In this document: positions 18,345 to 34,623 of the stretch, piece by piece
How positions within the stretch are numbered: position 1 is the stretch's first letter
Layout of the letters: each line of letters starts with the position of its first letter
From: the human T2T-CHM13v2.0 reference genome, Homo sapiens
Assembly: GCF_009914755.1 (NCBI RefSeq)
Contig: NC_060938.1
Strand: one strand, 5' to 3'
DNA length: 64,000 nucleotides
Translations under genes and position numbers: made by a program
Notes under the pieces: model-generated
What the model was told of the DNA's origin: nothing
The model's database searches: none
The model's input: the letters and a program-made list of their open reading frames with translations, nothing else

Positions 18345-19150
18345 TTTTTTAAAGTTTTTATTATGACATATTTAAGAATACAAAAAGGCATTTAAAAACC
18401 CCAATACAATGAATGCCTATATATCCGCTGACCTACAAAAAGATCCCAAAGTAACTGAAATGTCATGCCAACCTCATCTCCCTTCTTCACGCTTTAGTAT
18501 TGTGAATGTGATACTGATTATTCTCATGCATTCCTTTACATATAAATATTTGTGAATTTTTAAGCAATCTCATTTTTCATGTTTTAAATTTTTCTATAAA
18601 TATCATCCTGTATGTATTCTTTGCAACTTGCTTTATTCACCAATGATTTGTTATAGAGTTTTTTACATGTTAGAAAACTCACTTTCATAACCACATAGCA
18701 TTCCATTATATAACTATACCATGGCTTATCCATTTTCCTATTAATGGAGATTTAAGTTACTTCCAAGTTTTTGCTATTAAAAGCAATGCTGCTTTAAACA
18801 TTCTTGTAAAGGCCTCTTCTATACAAGTGCAAGAGTTTCTCTAGGAATGCCTGGGAGTAGTAATAGGGTAATGTGCAAAAGGCATATCATATAGATCAGA
18901 GAGGTATCAGCTCTTGCCAAACTGTTTTCCGAAGTTTATATACCAATGTACACTCCTACGAACAGTGAAAAGAATTCCTTGTTTCTCACCTTTGGGAACA
19001 GTTTGTGTTGTCACACTAGGGAATACGAAATACCAACTGAATTTTATTGTAGTTTAAATTTGCATTTCTGTGAATATTATGCTAGATCACATTTTCATAT
19101 TTTTACTGGCCATCATTACCTATTGATATCTCTTGCCCATTTTTCCCAAT
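18345..19150 (-). mobile_element. Ancient L1ME-like 3' fragment
   Basis: tatgtattctttgcaacttgcttt..., ttccaagtttttgctattaaaagcaatgctgc..., ttgccaaactgttttcc. Confidence 0.6.
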
Positions 19151-19159
19151 TGGACTCAC

Positions 19160-20485
<1,326 letters not shown>

Positions 20486-20488
20486 AGA

Positions 20489-21056
20489 GCAGGGTGGGGA
20501 AACAACAGGCTGAATGCCAAATCCTGCCACTACCTGTTTTTGTACAATGTCCACTAGAGCAGGTTAGCACTCTGAGCTGCAGAGACCAAGTCTGTTTACT
20601 TCTCTGCACCCAGGGTCTGCCTCCCTGGTTTGTGGCTGTAACTAGCATCTGCCCAGAGTCTGGGCTGGTCCCCACCTACAAGCTAGAGACTCTGCTAATG
20701 GCAACTGCTGGGTATCTGGCAGTGGAATCTCAGTCTAGTAGTTGCCCCATTTCTGGTCAGCTGCCCAAATTCAGAAGGTTGGGCTCTCCAGGAACAGAAG
20801 GACACACTAGGATCTATGTGTCACTGGGGTAGTGAAGCTCACTACAGTTTCACTCCCAACCAAAACCTGCCAGACCCATTCCCTGGCAGACAGAATGTCT
20901 AATGGCAACTGGGTGCAAACAGGGTAAGCAGGGCAGGACAGTTTTCTCTCTTGTTCTATAATTACCTACATAATACCCTTGATTTTGTCCTTTGGCCTAG
21001 AAAGCCTAAAATATTTACTATCTGGCCATTTATGGAAAAAGTTTGCCACCTTTGGT
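20489..21056. mobile_element. hAT-Charlie DNA transposon (Charlie4/MER58-like ends)
   Basis: cagggtggggaaac...cctgtttttgtac and cccttgattttg...aaagcctaaaatatttactatctggccatttatggaaaaagtttgcc. Confidence 0.6.
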
Positions 21057-21624
21057 TCAGAGCATTGACAGCTGGGTTTTCTTGATGATACACACAGCAT
21101 AACATGTTCCTGTTACATGAGGTCATATAATCAGCTCACATTATTATTGCATCAAAAACTTTCAGAGGCTCCCCATCCCTCTGTCCCTACCATGAATAGA
21201 GTTCAAATCCCTTAGGGGAGAGATTAATAAATCATAACTTGAAATTCTCAAAGCCTAGATCTGGAATGGGAGGCAAGAAGCCCCATGTTAACCTCAAGCC
21301 TAAGTCATCTCCTTCAACCTAGTTTACCTAAAACTATGCATTTAGAGGGTTAAACAATAGTTAGGTTAAGTAAGTGGATACTTATTTCCCAAGTGGTTAA
21401 TGAACTCTGTGGATCAGAACCCCAAAAGTAAGGAAGGTTGAAATGCTCACCAAAGCCTTAACATTCATCCTTTTATGCTTCACTTTCAGGTCTACTATAC
21501 GTCTAATCAAACTTAAGAAAGAAAGTTATTCATTTGGAAGTATTTTCACTGCAAGAATATTTGCTTTCTTGAAATCTTATTTCAAACAAATTCATAGTTC
21601 TTTTCCAAGACAGAAATACTGAGT

Positions 21625-22250
21625 AAAATCGGCCTTCCATGTTCTCAGGTTTTGCATCTGTGGATTTAATAAAATGTGGATTGAAAATATTCCTTTTAAA
21701 AAGGATGGGCTGGGCACGGTGGCTCATGTCTGTAATCCCAGCACTTTGGGAGGCCAAGGCGGGTTGATCACCTGGAGTCAGGGAGTTCGAGACCAGCCTG
21801 GCCAACATGGTGAAACCCCATCTCTGCTAAAAAATACAAAAATCAGCTGGGTGTGGTGGCGGGCACCTGTAATCCCAGTTACTCAGGAGGCTGAGGCAGG
21901 AGAATCACTTGAACCCAGGAGGTGGAGGTTGTAGTGAGCCGAGATCACAACATTGCACTCCAGCCTGGGCAACAGAGCGAGACTCTGTTTCAAAAAGAAA
22001 AAAAGGATGGTTGCTCTGTACTGAATACATACAGACTTTTTTTCCTTGTCATTATTCCCTAAACAACAGTACAACAAACTATTTACATAGCATTTACATT
22101 ATATTAGGTATTATCGGTAGTCTAGAAATGACTGAAAATATACAGGAGGATGTGCATAAATTATATGCAAATACTATACCATTTTATACAAGGGACTTGT
22201 GCAGCATGGATTTGGGTATCCTTGGGGAATCCTGGAACCAATCCCTGATA
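21625..22250. mobile_element. Tigger3a-like DNA transposon with an inserted Alu (21708-22003, +)
   Basis: cttgtcattattccctaaacaacagtacaac...atgcaaatactataccattttatacaagggactt. Confidence 0.75.
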
Positions 22251-22842
22251 TTTTCTGATGCCATGAGGTACAACTGTAGTATATGCTGCGAATTTGCAAT
22301 TACAAGTGACTAAGGTGCCCAAATGAAGTTTGTTTAAGCATGTGGAAACAAAATTACAAATGTAAAAATACTTCTTTTTACTTTGTAAACGCATATGCTG
22401 TTATCTGATGAGTTTTTGATAAAGTGTTAAATCCAAGACTGAAAATTAATTCATGTCCCATGTAATTTACAACTTGAAAGTTACTTGAACTTGGGAAATG
22501 TCTTCACTAAGTTTATTCTTTTCTAATAATGTTTTACTTCTTCCTATATTTACATATTTTCTCTGAACAGTTTCAATTTATTGAGATTTTGATGTCACAT
22601 TGATGGAATTTATAAGTATACTATTTAGAAAACAGACATTTTTTATTTTATAGTTACAAATGACTAAAGTATCATTTGTACTATAAATGATACACTTTTG
22701 TATCATTTAATAGCATATGAGTAATTTTTTTTAATTTTCATTTTCAGTTTAGACTATAGAACATGTCTTTAACAGAAGAAAAAGTCTGGACATAATTTGA
22801 TTAATCTCATATATTGAATTCTTTTGCAAGTATGAATACTAC

Positions 22843-23194
22843 TGTATTAGTCTGTTCTCACACTGTTCATAAAGACATACCCAGGACTGGGTAATCTATA
22901 AGGAACGAGGTTTAATTGATTCACAGTTCCACATGGCTGGGGAGCCTCACAATCATGGCTGAAGGTGAATGAGGAGCAAAGTCACGTCTTACATGGTGAC
23001 AGGCAAAATTGCTTATGCAGGGGAACTCCCATTTATAAAACCATCAGATCTCATGAGACGTATTCACTTCCACAAGAACAGTATGGCGAACCGCCCCCAT
23101 GATTCAATTATCTCTACCTGGCCCTGCCCTTGACACATAGGGATTATTACAAGTGAAGGTGAGATTTGGGTGGGGACACAGTCAAACCATATCA
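22843..23194 (-). mobile_element. THE1 solo LTR
   Basis: tgtattagtctgttctcac...aaaccatatca; TSD actac (22838-22842 / 23195-23199). Confidence 0.9.
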
Positions 23195-23378
23195 ACTACA
23201 TAAATGCAGCCAATAAATGGCAATAAATCTTGTATTTGTTTAAAATGCATCAATACAACAGTAAATTACTTTTAAAAAATAAACTAATTTTAGATAATTT
23301 TAGATTTCCAGAAAAGATGCAAAAGTGTTACAGAGTATTATTCTCTTATACACTTCAGTTTCTACTAATGTTAACATC

Positions 23379-23745
<367 letters not shown>

Positions 23746-23886
23746 TGATACATTATTATTAAATGAACTCAAGACTTCATTCAGATTTCATCAGTTTTTC
23801 TCCTAGTGTTCCTGCTCTATTCCAGGATGCAGTCTAGGGTACACACTGCACTTAGCTAAATTACTTTCAAAAGCAATAATTTCTTA

Positions 23887-24072
<186 letters not shown>

Positions 24073-24974
24073 TTAATCTCTTGCCTAATCCATACCCTAT
24101 CTTGATTACTCTATTTACGAATATTTTACTCCCACTTATCTCTCAGGTTTGGGCTGTGTATTTGTTCTTTTGTCATCATTTTAATATGGTAACTCTGCTC
24201 AAGAGAATCTCAAGAGACAGAAATGGTCAAAACTGAACTCCTTTTGGACAGCATCTATAATACCTACTATAGTACTGTGCCATAGGGAATGCTATTTGTG
24301 GCATGAATGGGTTAAAGTCAATTTTAAAACAATACTTTGTTATAGCTTAAGATAGCCTTTCCAACTACAAAATTCCTCTTAAACTATTGTTAATTTGAGC
24401 ATTATCTATATGCTCCATAAAAAGCATTTATCTATATATTTAAAGTGCTTTAACATCGCTTTAATAAATAGCAGGTTAAAATCTCTGACACTGTTGACTA
24501 GTTCCTCCTTTAAAGCATTGTTAATATTACTATAAAAAATACATGCTCACTGTAGAAAACTTAGAAAATGAAGAAAAATATAAGAAAATAAAAACCTATA
24601 ACTTCTTTGTGACATATATGCATATATATCTTTTTTCACTTTAATATATAATATAAGCATTTGAACATGGTCTCCAACAGCTATATAATAGCCTATCATA
24701 CAGTAGAACACATTCTAACTGTACGTGGAGATTTTAGATAGTTATATCCAATGCCATATTATAGTTATATTTAAAAGTGGGTTCACAAGGGATAAATCTA
24801 CAAAGAAATTCTGAAATCATTTACTATGATTATATTATTTATTCAATGGTAATAAACATGGAAGCAATAAAAAGTTACATATTTGCTTGATTTCAAAATT
24901 CTTTTAATTAAAAATTTTTTTAAGTCCAAAGTAATTCTAGTATTTTGCAAATGTGATATCAAGTTTTTTTCCTA

Positions 24975-25079
<105 letters not shown>

Positions 25080-26432
25080 TTAATGAGAGAGATAAACTGA
25101 CTATTAACATTCAGAAGAGAGAAAACATTCAGTATATATTCTAAACCCACATCCTATATTTAAAATTTGATAAAATAATGTTAAATGTTAGGCATGCATA
25201 CACCTATAAAAAGAACCAGAATTTATAAGGGAGGGAGAATAAAAGTTTCTCAAATCCTCTAAATGTATCTGCTCTCATCGCACCTGATCTCCTTTTCCCT
25301 TATCTATCCATCAGGTTGGGATGGGAGGAGGGAGATAAGAAAAATGGAAAAAAGAGATTTAAAAAATAGAAGGAAAGGGAAAACTAACAAAGGGATGAAG
25401 AAAATATTTAATTAAATTCATCATAAGAAATTTACTGTAATATAAGAACTTTGAGTAATTATGAAAAGTTAATCAAATGAAAAACACGTAAGTTACAACA
25501 ACATGCTGCCACTAATATGACTACTTTTAGTAAAGGTCAATCATTCAAGCAATACATAATGAATATATTAGACAAATCACTGCGACAAATGATCAGTGAA
25601 TATCCTATGGGTGTGCATGTTTACAGGCTGTAAAGGCTCAGACCACAAGAAAATATTTTCCATTTTACCACACTTTGCAAGTCTCAATTAGTTCCTCACT
25701 GCTCCAGTGGTATTTTTCGTGGTGACTCACTTAGCTTGCAATTCATTTTCTAGTTTCTTAACTGTTAGCAACTCTTTGAATATATATATATATATATATA
25801 TTTCCCTCTGAACTCTACTATGGATAATTTATCACTTCAGTCAGAGCAGCAAAAGCATTAATTCACTGTTTCTTAATATAGAATTCTCTATTAATGTATT
25901 TCCTCCCTCTTCCCAATTCACACCCTAGCTTTCACCGTAGATCTATCTGTAGTGGTCAAACTTTTAAACAAACAGAAAAGCGCTAATATGATCTGAAATT
26001 ATTTTTACAAGACAGTTTAAAATTGTCACTGTATAAATATGTCTAAAATAAGTATTTCAATTCTCAACTCTTTCTTTGCTAGCCTTTTACCCTAAACATT
26101 TTCAAAGTTTACTCTGGCTATAAAACGGTAAGTGAGATCAGTGCCCTCCCAGCGTGGGAGATGCAAACCACCTGTGGTAACTGAGATGAATTTAGGTTGT
26201 TACGTAGATAAACATTTTTATGTTAACAGAAACATGTAAATTTTAATAAGTATTAAAACTATACTCATTAAGTTATAATTATAAACTAGCTAGCAAATCC
26301 ACACTTTCATAGTATTTGATAAGGATAACAGTATACACATTTGATAAAAACTGTGAATGTCACAGCTAAATGACAAGCTTAGGTAACACTGACTTAGATT
26401 AAAATGCTATGTGTTGCCTCTGCATTTTGTTA

Positions 26433-26567
<135 letters not shown>

Positions 26568-27344
26568 CTAAAATAGAATTATAGAAGCTATTAAATACAA
26601 TTAAATTATTTATTTCCATATCTACTAAAAGGAAATAAAACAAGAGATTTTTACAGCTTGACTTATTTACCACAGAAATTTATTAAATAAAAATTTAAAG
26701 CAAACTATATAAGTGACTGATATTTTTTTCTTATGCTTGTTCAAAAGCTAATGAGGCTAGGCTCAGTGTTTCCAGGAATGATGTAACTAACACTATGTGA
26801 CTTTTATCATATATTTCATCAATAAAGATGATAAATGCTTACTGAATATCTATTGTTTGTATGCTAGATACAACGAGCAATAAGACATTCAGGTAACTTT
26901 TGCAAACTCACTGGAAAAACAGGACATTATCAATGAAAGACAAACACCTCTTAATAGATGCTTAATGAACATGAAAAGGCTGTGCAGAATGAGTCCATAG
27001 AAGAGAAGGTACTGGAGGTGGGCCTTCAGAAAGCACAGAACTTGAATATAAAGAATTCTAGACTAAAATAATGGGGTAAACAAATATTCAGAGGGGGTTA
27101 AAGTACCAAGCATGTCTATAGACCTGAAAAGGCAAATCTACTGCAGCACTCTGTCACTTATTTTTTAACTTGGTTTATGATGTTCACTAATGCACAGGTA
27201 AACTATCAATTCTTAATTATTCCTCTAGACTCAAGTAATCACTTTCTTTAACCATAAGCATAAAGAGATATAATATCTTTGTATATAGAGACAACTCCTG
27301 AAATAATTAATAGAGCTGTCAATTATAGTTAATTTTGAGACTGA

Positions 27345-27651
<307 letters not shown>

Positions 27652-27742
27652 GAGATTGATTTTATAAAAAGATATAACAAATAACACTGCAATCAGCCAA
27701 TATTTCACTAAGTTATTCAGCCAAACATTACCAGTAACTTTT

Positions 27743-27779
27743 TAGAAAATTTTTAACATTTTTTGTGGGTACACAGTAG
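27743..27779 (-). mobile_element. Ultra-short L1 3'-end insertion
   Basis: Minus strand reads ctactgtgtacccacaaaaaa..., an L1MA/PB-type terminus; 14-bp TSD taccagtaactttt. Confidence 0.7.
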
Positions 27780-27880
27780 TACCAGTAACTTTTAAGTTTT
27801 CTTTTTATATAAAAACTTCTACAGAATTTGATGCTTTTGATGATTTTACTGTACTACTCTCTTCTGGTTCTCCAGTTTCC

Positions 27881-28178
27881 TTTTTTTTTTTTTTTTTTGA
27901 GACAAGGTTTCACTCCTGTTGCCCTGCTGAAGTGAAATGGCATGATGTTGGCTCACTGCGACCTCCGCCTCCCAGGCTCAAGTGATCCTCCTTGTCTCAA
28001 CTTCCCAAGTAGCTGGGACTACAGGCATGCACCACCATGCCCGGCTAATTTTTGTATTTTTTGTAAAGATGGGGTTTCACTACGTGTCCAGGCTGGTCTT
28101 GAACTCCTGGGCTCAAGTGATCTGCCGCCTCAGTTTTCGAAAGTGCTAGGATTACAGGCATGAGCCACGGCGCCCAGC
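27881..28178 (-). mobile_element. Alu (J-type)
   Basis: Diverged Alu with poly-T head. Confidence 0.85.
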
Positions 28179-28179
28179 T

Positions 28180-29545
28180 TCCTTGACTCCTACTACTGAG
28201 TTTCCTTCTCAATTTCCTCACCTGTTACTTAAATACAAACCTCTCCCAAGGTGGTCTTTAATTCTCCAGTCTTCTCATTCTTCATTTTTGCCCTGAGGTA
28301 TCTCACTTCTATAGTTTCAGTGGTTAAATCAATAAATACCTCCCAAGTCCTTCTCTCGAGCAGTTACTTTTCCTCTGAATCCAAGACTTACATTTTCAAT
28401 TGTCTACTGGACATCTCACCTGGAAATTATGATGATGACTAACACTCACTGAGAAGTAATTTATGTGCCAGAAACTGTTCTAAGCACCTTACGAACATTG
28501 ACTCATGTACCAATCACAACAACTCTACGAGATGGGAACAGATAACATCCTTATTTTAAAGGATGAAGAAACGAAGGTAAAGAGAGGTTAGGTAATTTGC
28601 CAGTAGCGAATAAGTGGAAAGGCTTGGATTTCAATATCACATTCCATGAGGTATAGACAGTATTTAGTATAATATTGAGTACTATTAAAGTACACTTAGG
28701 GCATCTCACTCAGGGATGAAGGGGAGAAGGGAGAGGTTGGGAGAGTTCTCAGATAGGCTTAGCCTAAGTCTTAAAAGGAGCAGAAATTAGATAAAGTTGG
28801 AAGGTTGAATAGAAGTGGAGGGGAAGAGTTTTCCAAGACGAAGGAACTAAGTAAAAGATGTGAAATAGCATTATACGTGTTGGACAAATTCTATCTATCT
28901 CAGAAGGCAAAAAAATAGTTTACAAAGAGGCAAATAGAAAGAGATAAAAAGGGGAGTTGGAGAGTCAGACTTGGTTAAATGCCTTGAATTGCATTGGGAG
29001 TCAACTTCCAACTCTGCATTAATGTTATGCCTTGAATTGCATTTAACCAAGTCTGACTCTCCAACCTCCCCTTTTTATCTCTTATCATTTATAGCTTGTG
29101 GCTATTTAGACAGCTGTTTAGACAGCCTACAGGCTATTAACACTAATAAATATGAAAGAATTTTAAGACTTTTAGAAAGATTACTAGTGAATGGGAAAAA
29201 TGGATAGAGGAAAAAAGCAGAAGACCAATGGCTATAGTAATGTTTTAGAAATTGTGAAGCATTGATTGTCAGTAGAGATATGGAAAAATTAAAGATGAAA
29301 AGAATATTGAAGATAAAGAATAAATATATATTCAGGTGAAAGAATGGGTGCTACTTGAGGACTGACTAGCTTTAGGGGTGAAGAACAAGATTAACTTCCA
29401 GGCTTAGGCAACCAAGTTAATACACTGCTATGTTCTAAGAAGGAAACACGAAACGATGAACAGGTTTGGAAGGGAAGATTAATCCTATTTATCTCCATTT
29501 TAGATATGTTGAATCTGAGTTGCCCACAAGACATCTAAATCAGTG
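28180..29545. mobile_element. Mosaic of L2 and MIR fragments
   Basis: ttcctctgaatccaagacttacattttcaattgtctactggacatctc (L2); ttttaaaggatgaagaaacgaagg...aggttaggtaatttgcc (MIR). Confidence 0.6.
28939..29083. repeat. Near-perfect inverted repeat (44/45-nt arms, 56-nt spacer)
   Basis: aagagataaaaaggggagttggagagtcagacttggttaaatgc versus gcatttaaccaagtctgactctccaacctcccctttttatctctt; one indel. Confidence 0.95.
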
Positions 29546-30764
29546 TATTTTTAGTGAATTATATCTATATATACACACACACATATATACACACACACAT
29601 ACATATACACACAGAATAATTTGTCCAATTCTTATACTACATTGTGAGCTCCCGATAGTGGCAGCCAGTCTGAGTTATCTCTGTGTTTCCCCACAACATT
29701 TAATGCTTTTGAATAGGAAGCACTCAACAAGTATTTGCTGAATTAAACAAAATTTCCAAATTATAGTACAATTAGTCATGTTATTCGACTTTCCAGGTAA
29801 GTTTCTTTCACATTCTTTCATTTCCACTTAAGATCACAGTTACTGACAAGAGGTTATTCTTTGTATTTAATTCTCCAAAAGACAAAACTCTCTAGATTTT
29901 TCATCTAAATTTCTTTTTTTTTAAATTGTTTTATTTGGGAAAAGTGCTTCTTACAAAAGGGAAGCTGCAAAATACAGAGACCTCTGCAACAATTATTTGT
30001 TTTTTTTTCTTAAAGTGAAAGAATGGGTGGGATCCAAGGAATCAAAACAGTAGATGGACAAACCAGGAGCATCCCTGAGTTATTTTCAGGAAACAAAGCA
30101 TCAAAACACAAAGGAAAAATTTCCAATCAAGGAATTCTTCCAACGACTTAACTTTATCTAGTCTCAGGGATTCCCAAGCCCTCCCCTTCAGTGGAAAAGC
30201 ATGACTTATTACTGCAAACCCATTACTCCACTACAACAAGCACCTTAGAACAGAGTTTTTAATCACATCTGTCTACCTGAAAACTCAGAGGTGGAATGAG
30301 GCAAATACCCACAAAAACAAACACAAAAACCTGACAACAAAATGTCCCAAATGAGGACAAACGTTTCTCAGAAAGTGCCTGTACCGGAAAGGTTAGATCG
30401 TAAACCATTAAATACAACTGTGCATCCAAGACCCAGTTTGTGTTAATATATAGGATAACCAGGTAGTTTTAACCTCTACCTACCCTCCTGATTAGTTCCT
30501 CAACTAATGTCCATAATGCATTCTAAGATTTGAACACTGTGAGTTACTCATAGTTCTTTAAATAAGCTGGGTTTTTTTTTGCCCTACTTTTACAGATGCT
30601 GTAATACACTTAGAATGCTTTCCCCCAACTTCCCCTCTGCCAGGTAAACAACTCAGCTCAAATGTCATCATCTCTATGAGGGTTTCTTCGATTCTACTGG
30701 GCAAAATTAATCATTAGTTCTTCATTACATTGCTACCAGGCTTTGTACATATTTCTACATTTAA

Positions 30765-30965
30765 AAACAGGGTGATTTTGCCTTCCAAGGGACATCTGGG
30801 TACTGTCTGGAGACATTTTAGGTTGCCACAACTCAGGGAAGTGGGTGTTCCTGGCTTCTAATGGGTTGAGACCAGGGATGCTGCTAAATATCCTACAATG
30901 CATAGGTCAGCCTCCCACAACAAATAATTACCTGCCCCGAAACATCAATAGTGCTAAGGTATTGT
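30765..30965. mobile_element. MER20 (hAT) DNA transposon
   Basis: gggtgattttgcc...tgtctggagacatttt...gaccagggatgctgctaaatatcctacaatgcatagg...caatagtgctaaggt. Confidence 0.85.
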
Positions 30966-32045
30966 CATAAATATAGATCAGAGAAGCTTCTCTGCTCTAT
31001 ACTTAGGACACTGTATCACAACTCAGAATGTGAGTTTTCACCATGACAAGAAGTTGTCTTATTTATCTTTATATTCCTAGCACATTTCTTGGTACATAGA
31101 ATGTGCTTGATGAATGTTTTTGAGTGAATGAAAGAAAGGAAGAAGGAGAGGGAAAGGAAGGAGAGAAAGAGCAAGTAAGGAGAGGCACAAAGAAAGGAAG
31201 AAAAAGGAAGAAGAATGGGAGAAAGAAAAAAGGGAGGAGTTTTCTCTCCTTTCAGGAAAGCTATATAGGAGGATGCAAGTTGATCCCTTTTCCACATATC
31301 CTAGCTAGAAGGTATATTTACACAGTGTTTAAAGCCAGACAGACTGAAGGCTTTAGGCTTTACTACCTATTAACTGATTGATCTTAAGCAAATTATTTAA
31401 TTTCTCCAAACCTAAACCTCATCATTTGTAGACTGAAGGAAATAATTTTACTCTCACATGGTTGAGGTGAGAATAAAATAAATATACATTAATAAACTAG
31501 TAAAGTACTTACACAAAGGAAGAATCTATAAACATCATTTCTTCCCTTCCTTCTCTAAGAATATCCATATAGAGAGGTATCAGTTAAGATTTTCTCAGGG
31601 TTTTTTATTTCAATATTTGTGCTTTCTACTTTGGTAAACCTGAATAGATTACTATCATGGTTGTAAAATAAAGAGACATAGTCCTTTGGTTTGTCACAGG
31701 ACATTTGTTAAATAATTTACATTTGTTTTAGGTAACTCAACCTAAAGACACCAGATTTCTAGTCTTTATGTTTTCTCTAATTTTACTAATTTAAAAAATT
31801 AATATCATGACAGAAATAAAACAAGCCAGAGCTATGAGTTCCAAATTTAAATTAAAATAATATGAATTAAAATAATAAAAACTCTAAAACTGTAGGAAAA
31901 AAGTTTGGGGTAAATTTTATTTATAATCTGAAAATAAAACTCATTCTAAAGAATTCTTTACTCTTCATATCCTAGAACATAAAAGAGATATGTGATTAAT
32001 TTATTTAAACTCAAACAAAGGTGTAGCTTATCTGGCTTATTGTCA

Positions 32046-32264
<219 letters not shown>

Positions 32265-32375
32265 TCATATATAATTAATTTTGGCCTTTTATCTGATCAA
32301 TACAGAATATACAGGGGAGAAGTAGGTACCCTTTGGGTGAATCATTCAATTTCCAGTTTTACAGGATACTAAACA

Positions 32376-32661
32376 ATTTTTTTTCAAGAGATGGGGTCTC
32401 GCTCTGTCACTCAGGCTGAAGTGCAGTGGTGTGACTGCAGTTCCCTGCAATTTTGACCACCTAGGCTCAAACGATCCTCCCACCTCAGCCCTCCAAGTAG
32501 CTGGGACTACTGCTGTGCGCCACCATGCCTGGCTAATTTTTGTATTTTTCATAGAGATGGGGTTTTGCCATGTTGCCCAGGCTGGTCTCAAACTCCGGAG
32601 CTCTACCCACCTTGGCCTCCCAAAGTGCTGGGATTACAGGTGTAAGCCACCATGCCCAGCC
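32376..32661 (-). mobile_element. Alu (J-type)
   Basis: Diverged Alu ~130 nt upstream of the exon 14 acceptor. Confidence 0.85.
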
Positions 32662-33659
32662 TGAACAATTAAAAAAATACCACCATCTCAGATCCAATAA
32701 ACTTTTATGAACTGCTCGGACTGCAAATAGCTAAATCTAAGCTATAATACTGAGTGAAAAAAACAAGGTAGAAAATAGTATGTATAGTATACTACCATTT
32801 ACATAAGTATAATATTAAAATTGTATACTATAAAACAAAAACAATTGCTTTTTATAAGTAAAAGGTATAGAAAAGTATATTTGTATTTGTTGTATAAGTA
32901 TTTCTGAAACTAAGTAACAGTAACTATCTGCAGAGAGGGGAAATGATGGCTGGGAGGGCAGAGGTGGGAGAAAGATTTTCAAACTGTACCCTTTTATACA
33001 CATTGTTGGACCATGAGAATACAACGTATATTCCAAAAATAAGTTTAAACTACAATTTTAAAATATTATCCTCATCCAAGACAAAGTAGTCAAATCTTAA
33101 AATGGTCAATATAAGTCTATTTATAGCAACCTTGGTTTGCACTTCAAAGAAACCCAATTCATAAAATACAACTGCATAGAAACTACTGCCATTTTAACAC
33201 TAGAGAAAAAATACTTGTACTAATTAAATCCTTTTTCAAATTCTTGATAAGTATTATCAGTCAGGTAAGAAAACGAATGCTGGGTGAATGGTAGAAAAGA
33301 GTCAGATTGGAAAATCTGTTTCTGCCAAGCTGAAATGTGAGACCCGTATTGCCAGATGTTCTAAGAGAATCCAGAACCCGTATTTTGGTGAAATTAAAAT
33401 ATTTAGGCAAAAATGCTCATGCAAGAAGAAGTCACAATATCATTCCAAATTAGACATATTGAGGGGAGATGATTATCTCTTACATTTTACTTAATTGTTT
33501 AAAGAGGCCCATTTCCATACATATGAAACTTTCATAAGACAAATTTATTTTTTATTTAATAAACACTTACATAGTGCTTATTATGTGCCACATAATGTTG
33601 TAAGTCACCACTAGCATTGCCTTATTCACTCCTCATCAGAACCTTGTAAGGTAGGTACT

Positions 33660-34091
33660 TGATATGATTCGGATATTTGTGCTGTCCAAATCCCATGCTG
33701 AAATGTGATCCCCAGTGTGGGATATTAGGCCTGGTGGGAAGTGTTTGGGTCATGGGGGCTGATCCCTCATGAATGGCTTGGTGCCATCCCCTTGGTGATG
33801 AGTGAGTTCTCTCTTGATTAGTTCATACAAGATCTGATTGCTTAAAGAGTCCAGAAACCCCCTTCCCTTTCGATCCCTTTTTCCTTGCTCTCTCTCTTGC
33901 TAGGTAACACACCTGCTCCCCCTTTGCCTTCTGCCATGAGTAAAAGCTTCTTGAGGCTTCACCAGAAGCTGAGCAGATGCTGGTGCCCTGCTTGTACAGC
34001 CTGCAGAACACTGAGCCAAATAAACCTCTTTTCCTTATAAATTATCCAGCTTCAGGTATTCCTTTATAGCAATGTGAAATGGACTAACACA
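33660..34091 (+). mobile_element. MST-type MaLR solo LTR inserted in a MIR
   Basis: tgatatgattcggatatttg...ccaaataaacctcttttccttataaattatcca...ggactaacaca; TSD gtact. Confidence 0.85.
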
Positions 34092-34211
34092 GTACTATTA
34101 TCTCCATTTTACAGACAGAAAAAAAGAGACACAGAGAGGTTAAGTGACTTGTTTAAAGTCACAAAGCACACATATCATTAATATATTACACACAATGTAA
34201 TGTATTACTCT

Positions 34212-34421
34212 AAGTCAAATATGCCCAGTTGTCCCAACAATGTCCTTTATAATCATCTTAAAAATCCAGATATTTTAAAAAATATCTTTCAATTTGGTTT
34301 TGTCTAATGTCTCCTCATGATTAGATTCAGGTGATGTGTTTTCCCCATGGGCAATGTTGTATCCTTTCGGATATGTCATTTCAGGGGATACAGTCAGTTC
34401 TATCATTAGAGATGTTAAGCT
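34212..34421 (+). repeat. Local dispersed direct duplication, copy C1 (twin at 36570-36779)
   Basis: aagtcaaatatgcccagttg...tatcattagagatgttaagct is present twice. Confidence 0.95.
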
Positions 34422-34443
34422 AGTAAGTGTGAACCAAAATTCA

Positions 34444-34623
<180 letters not shown>

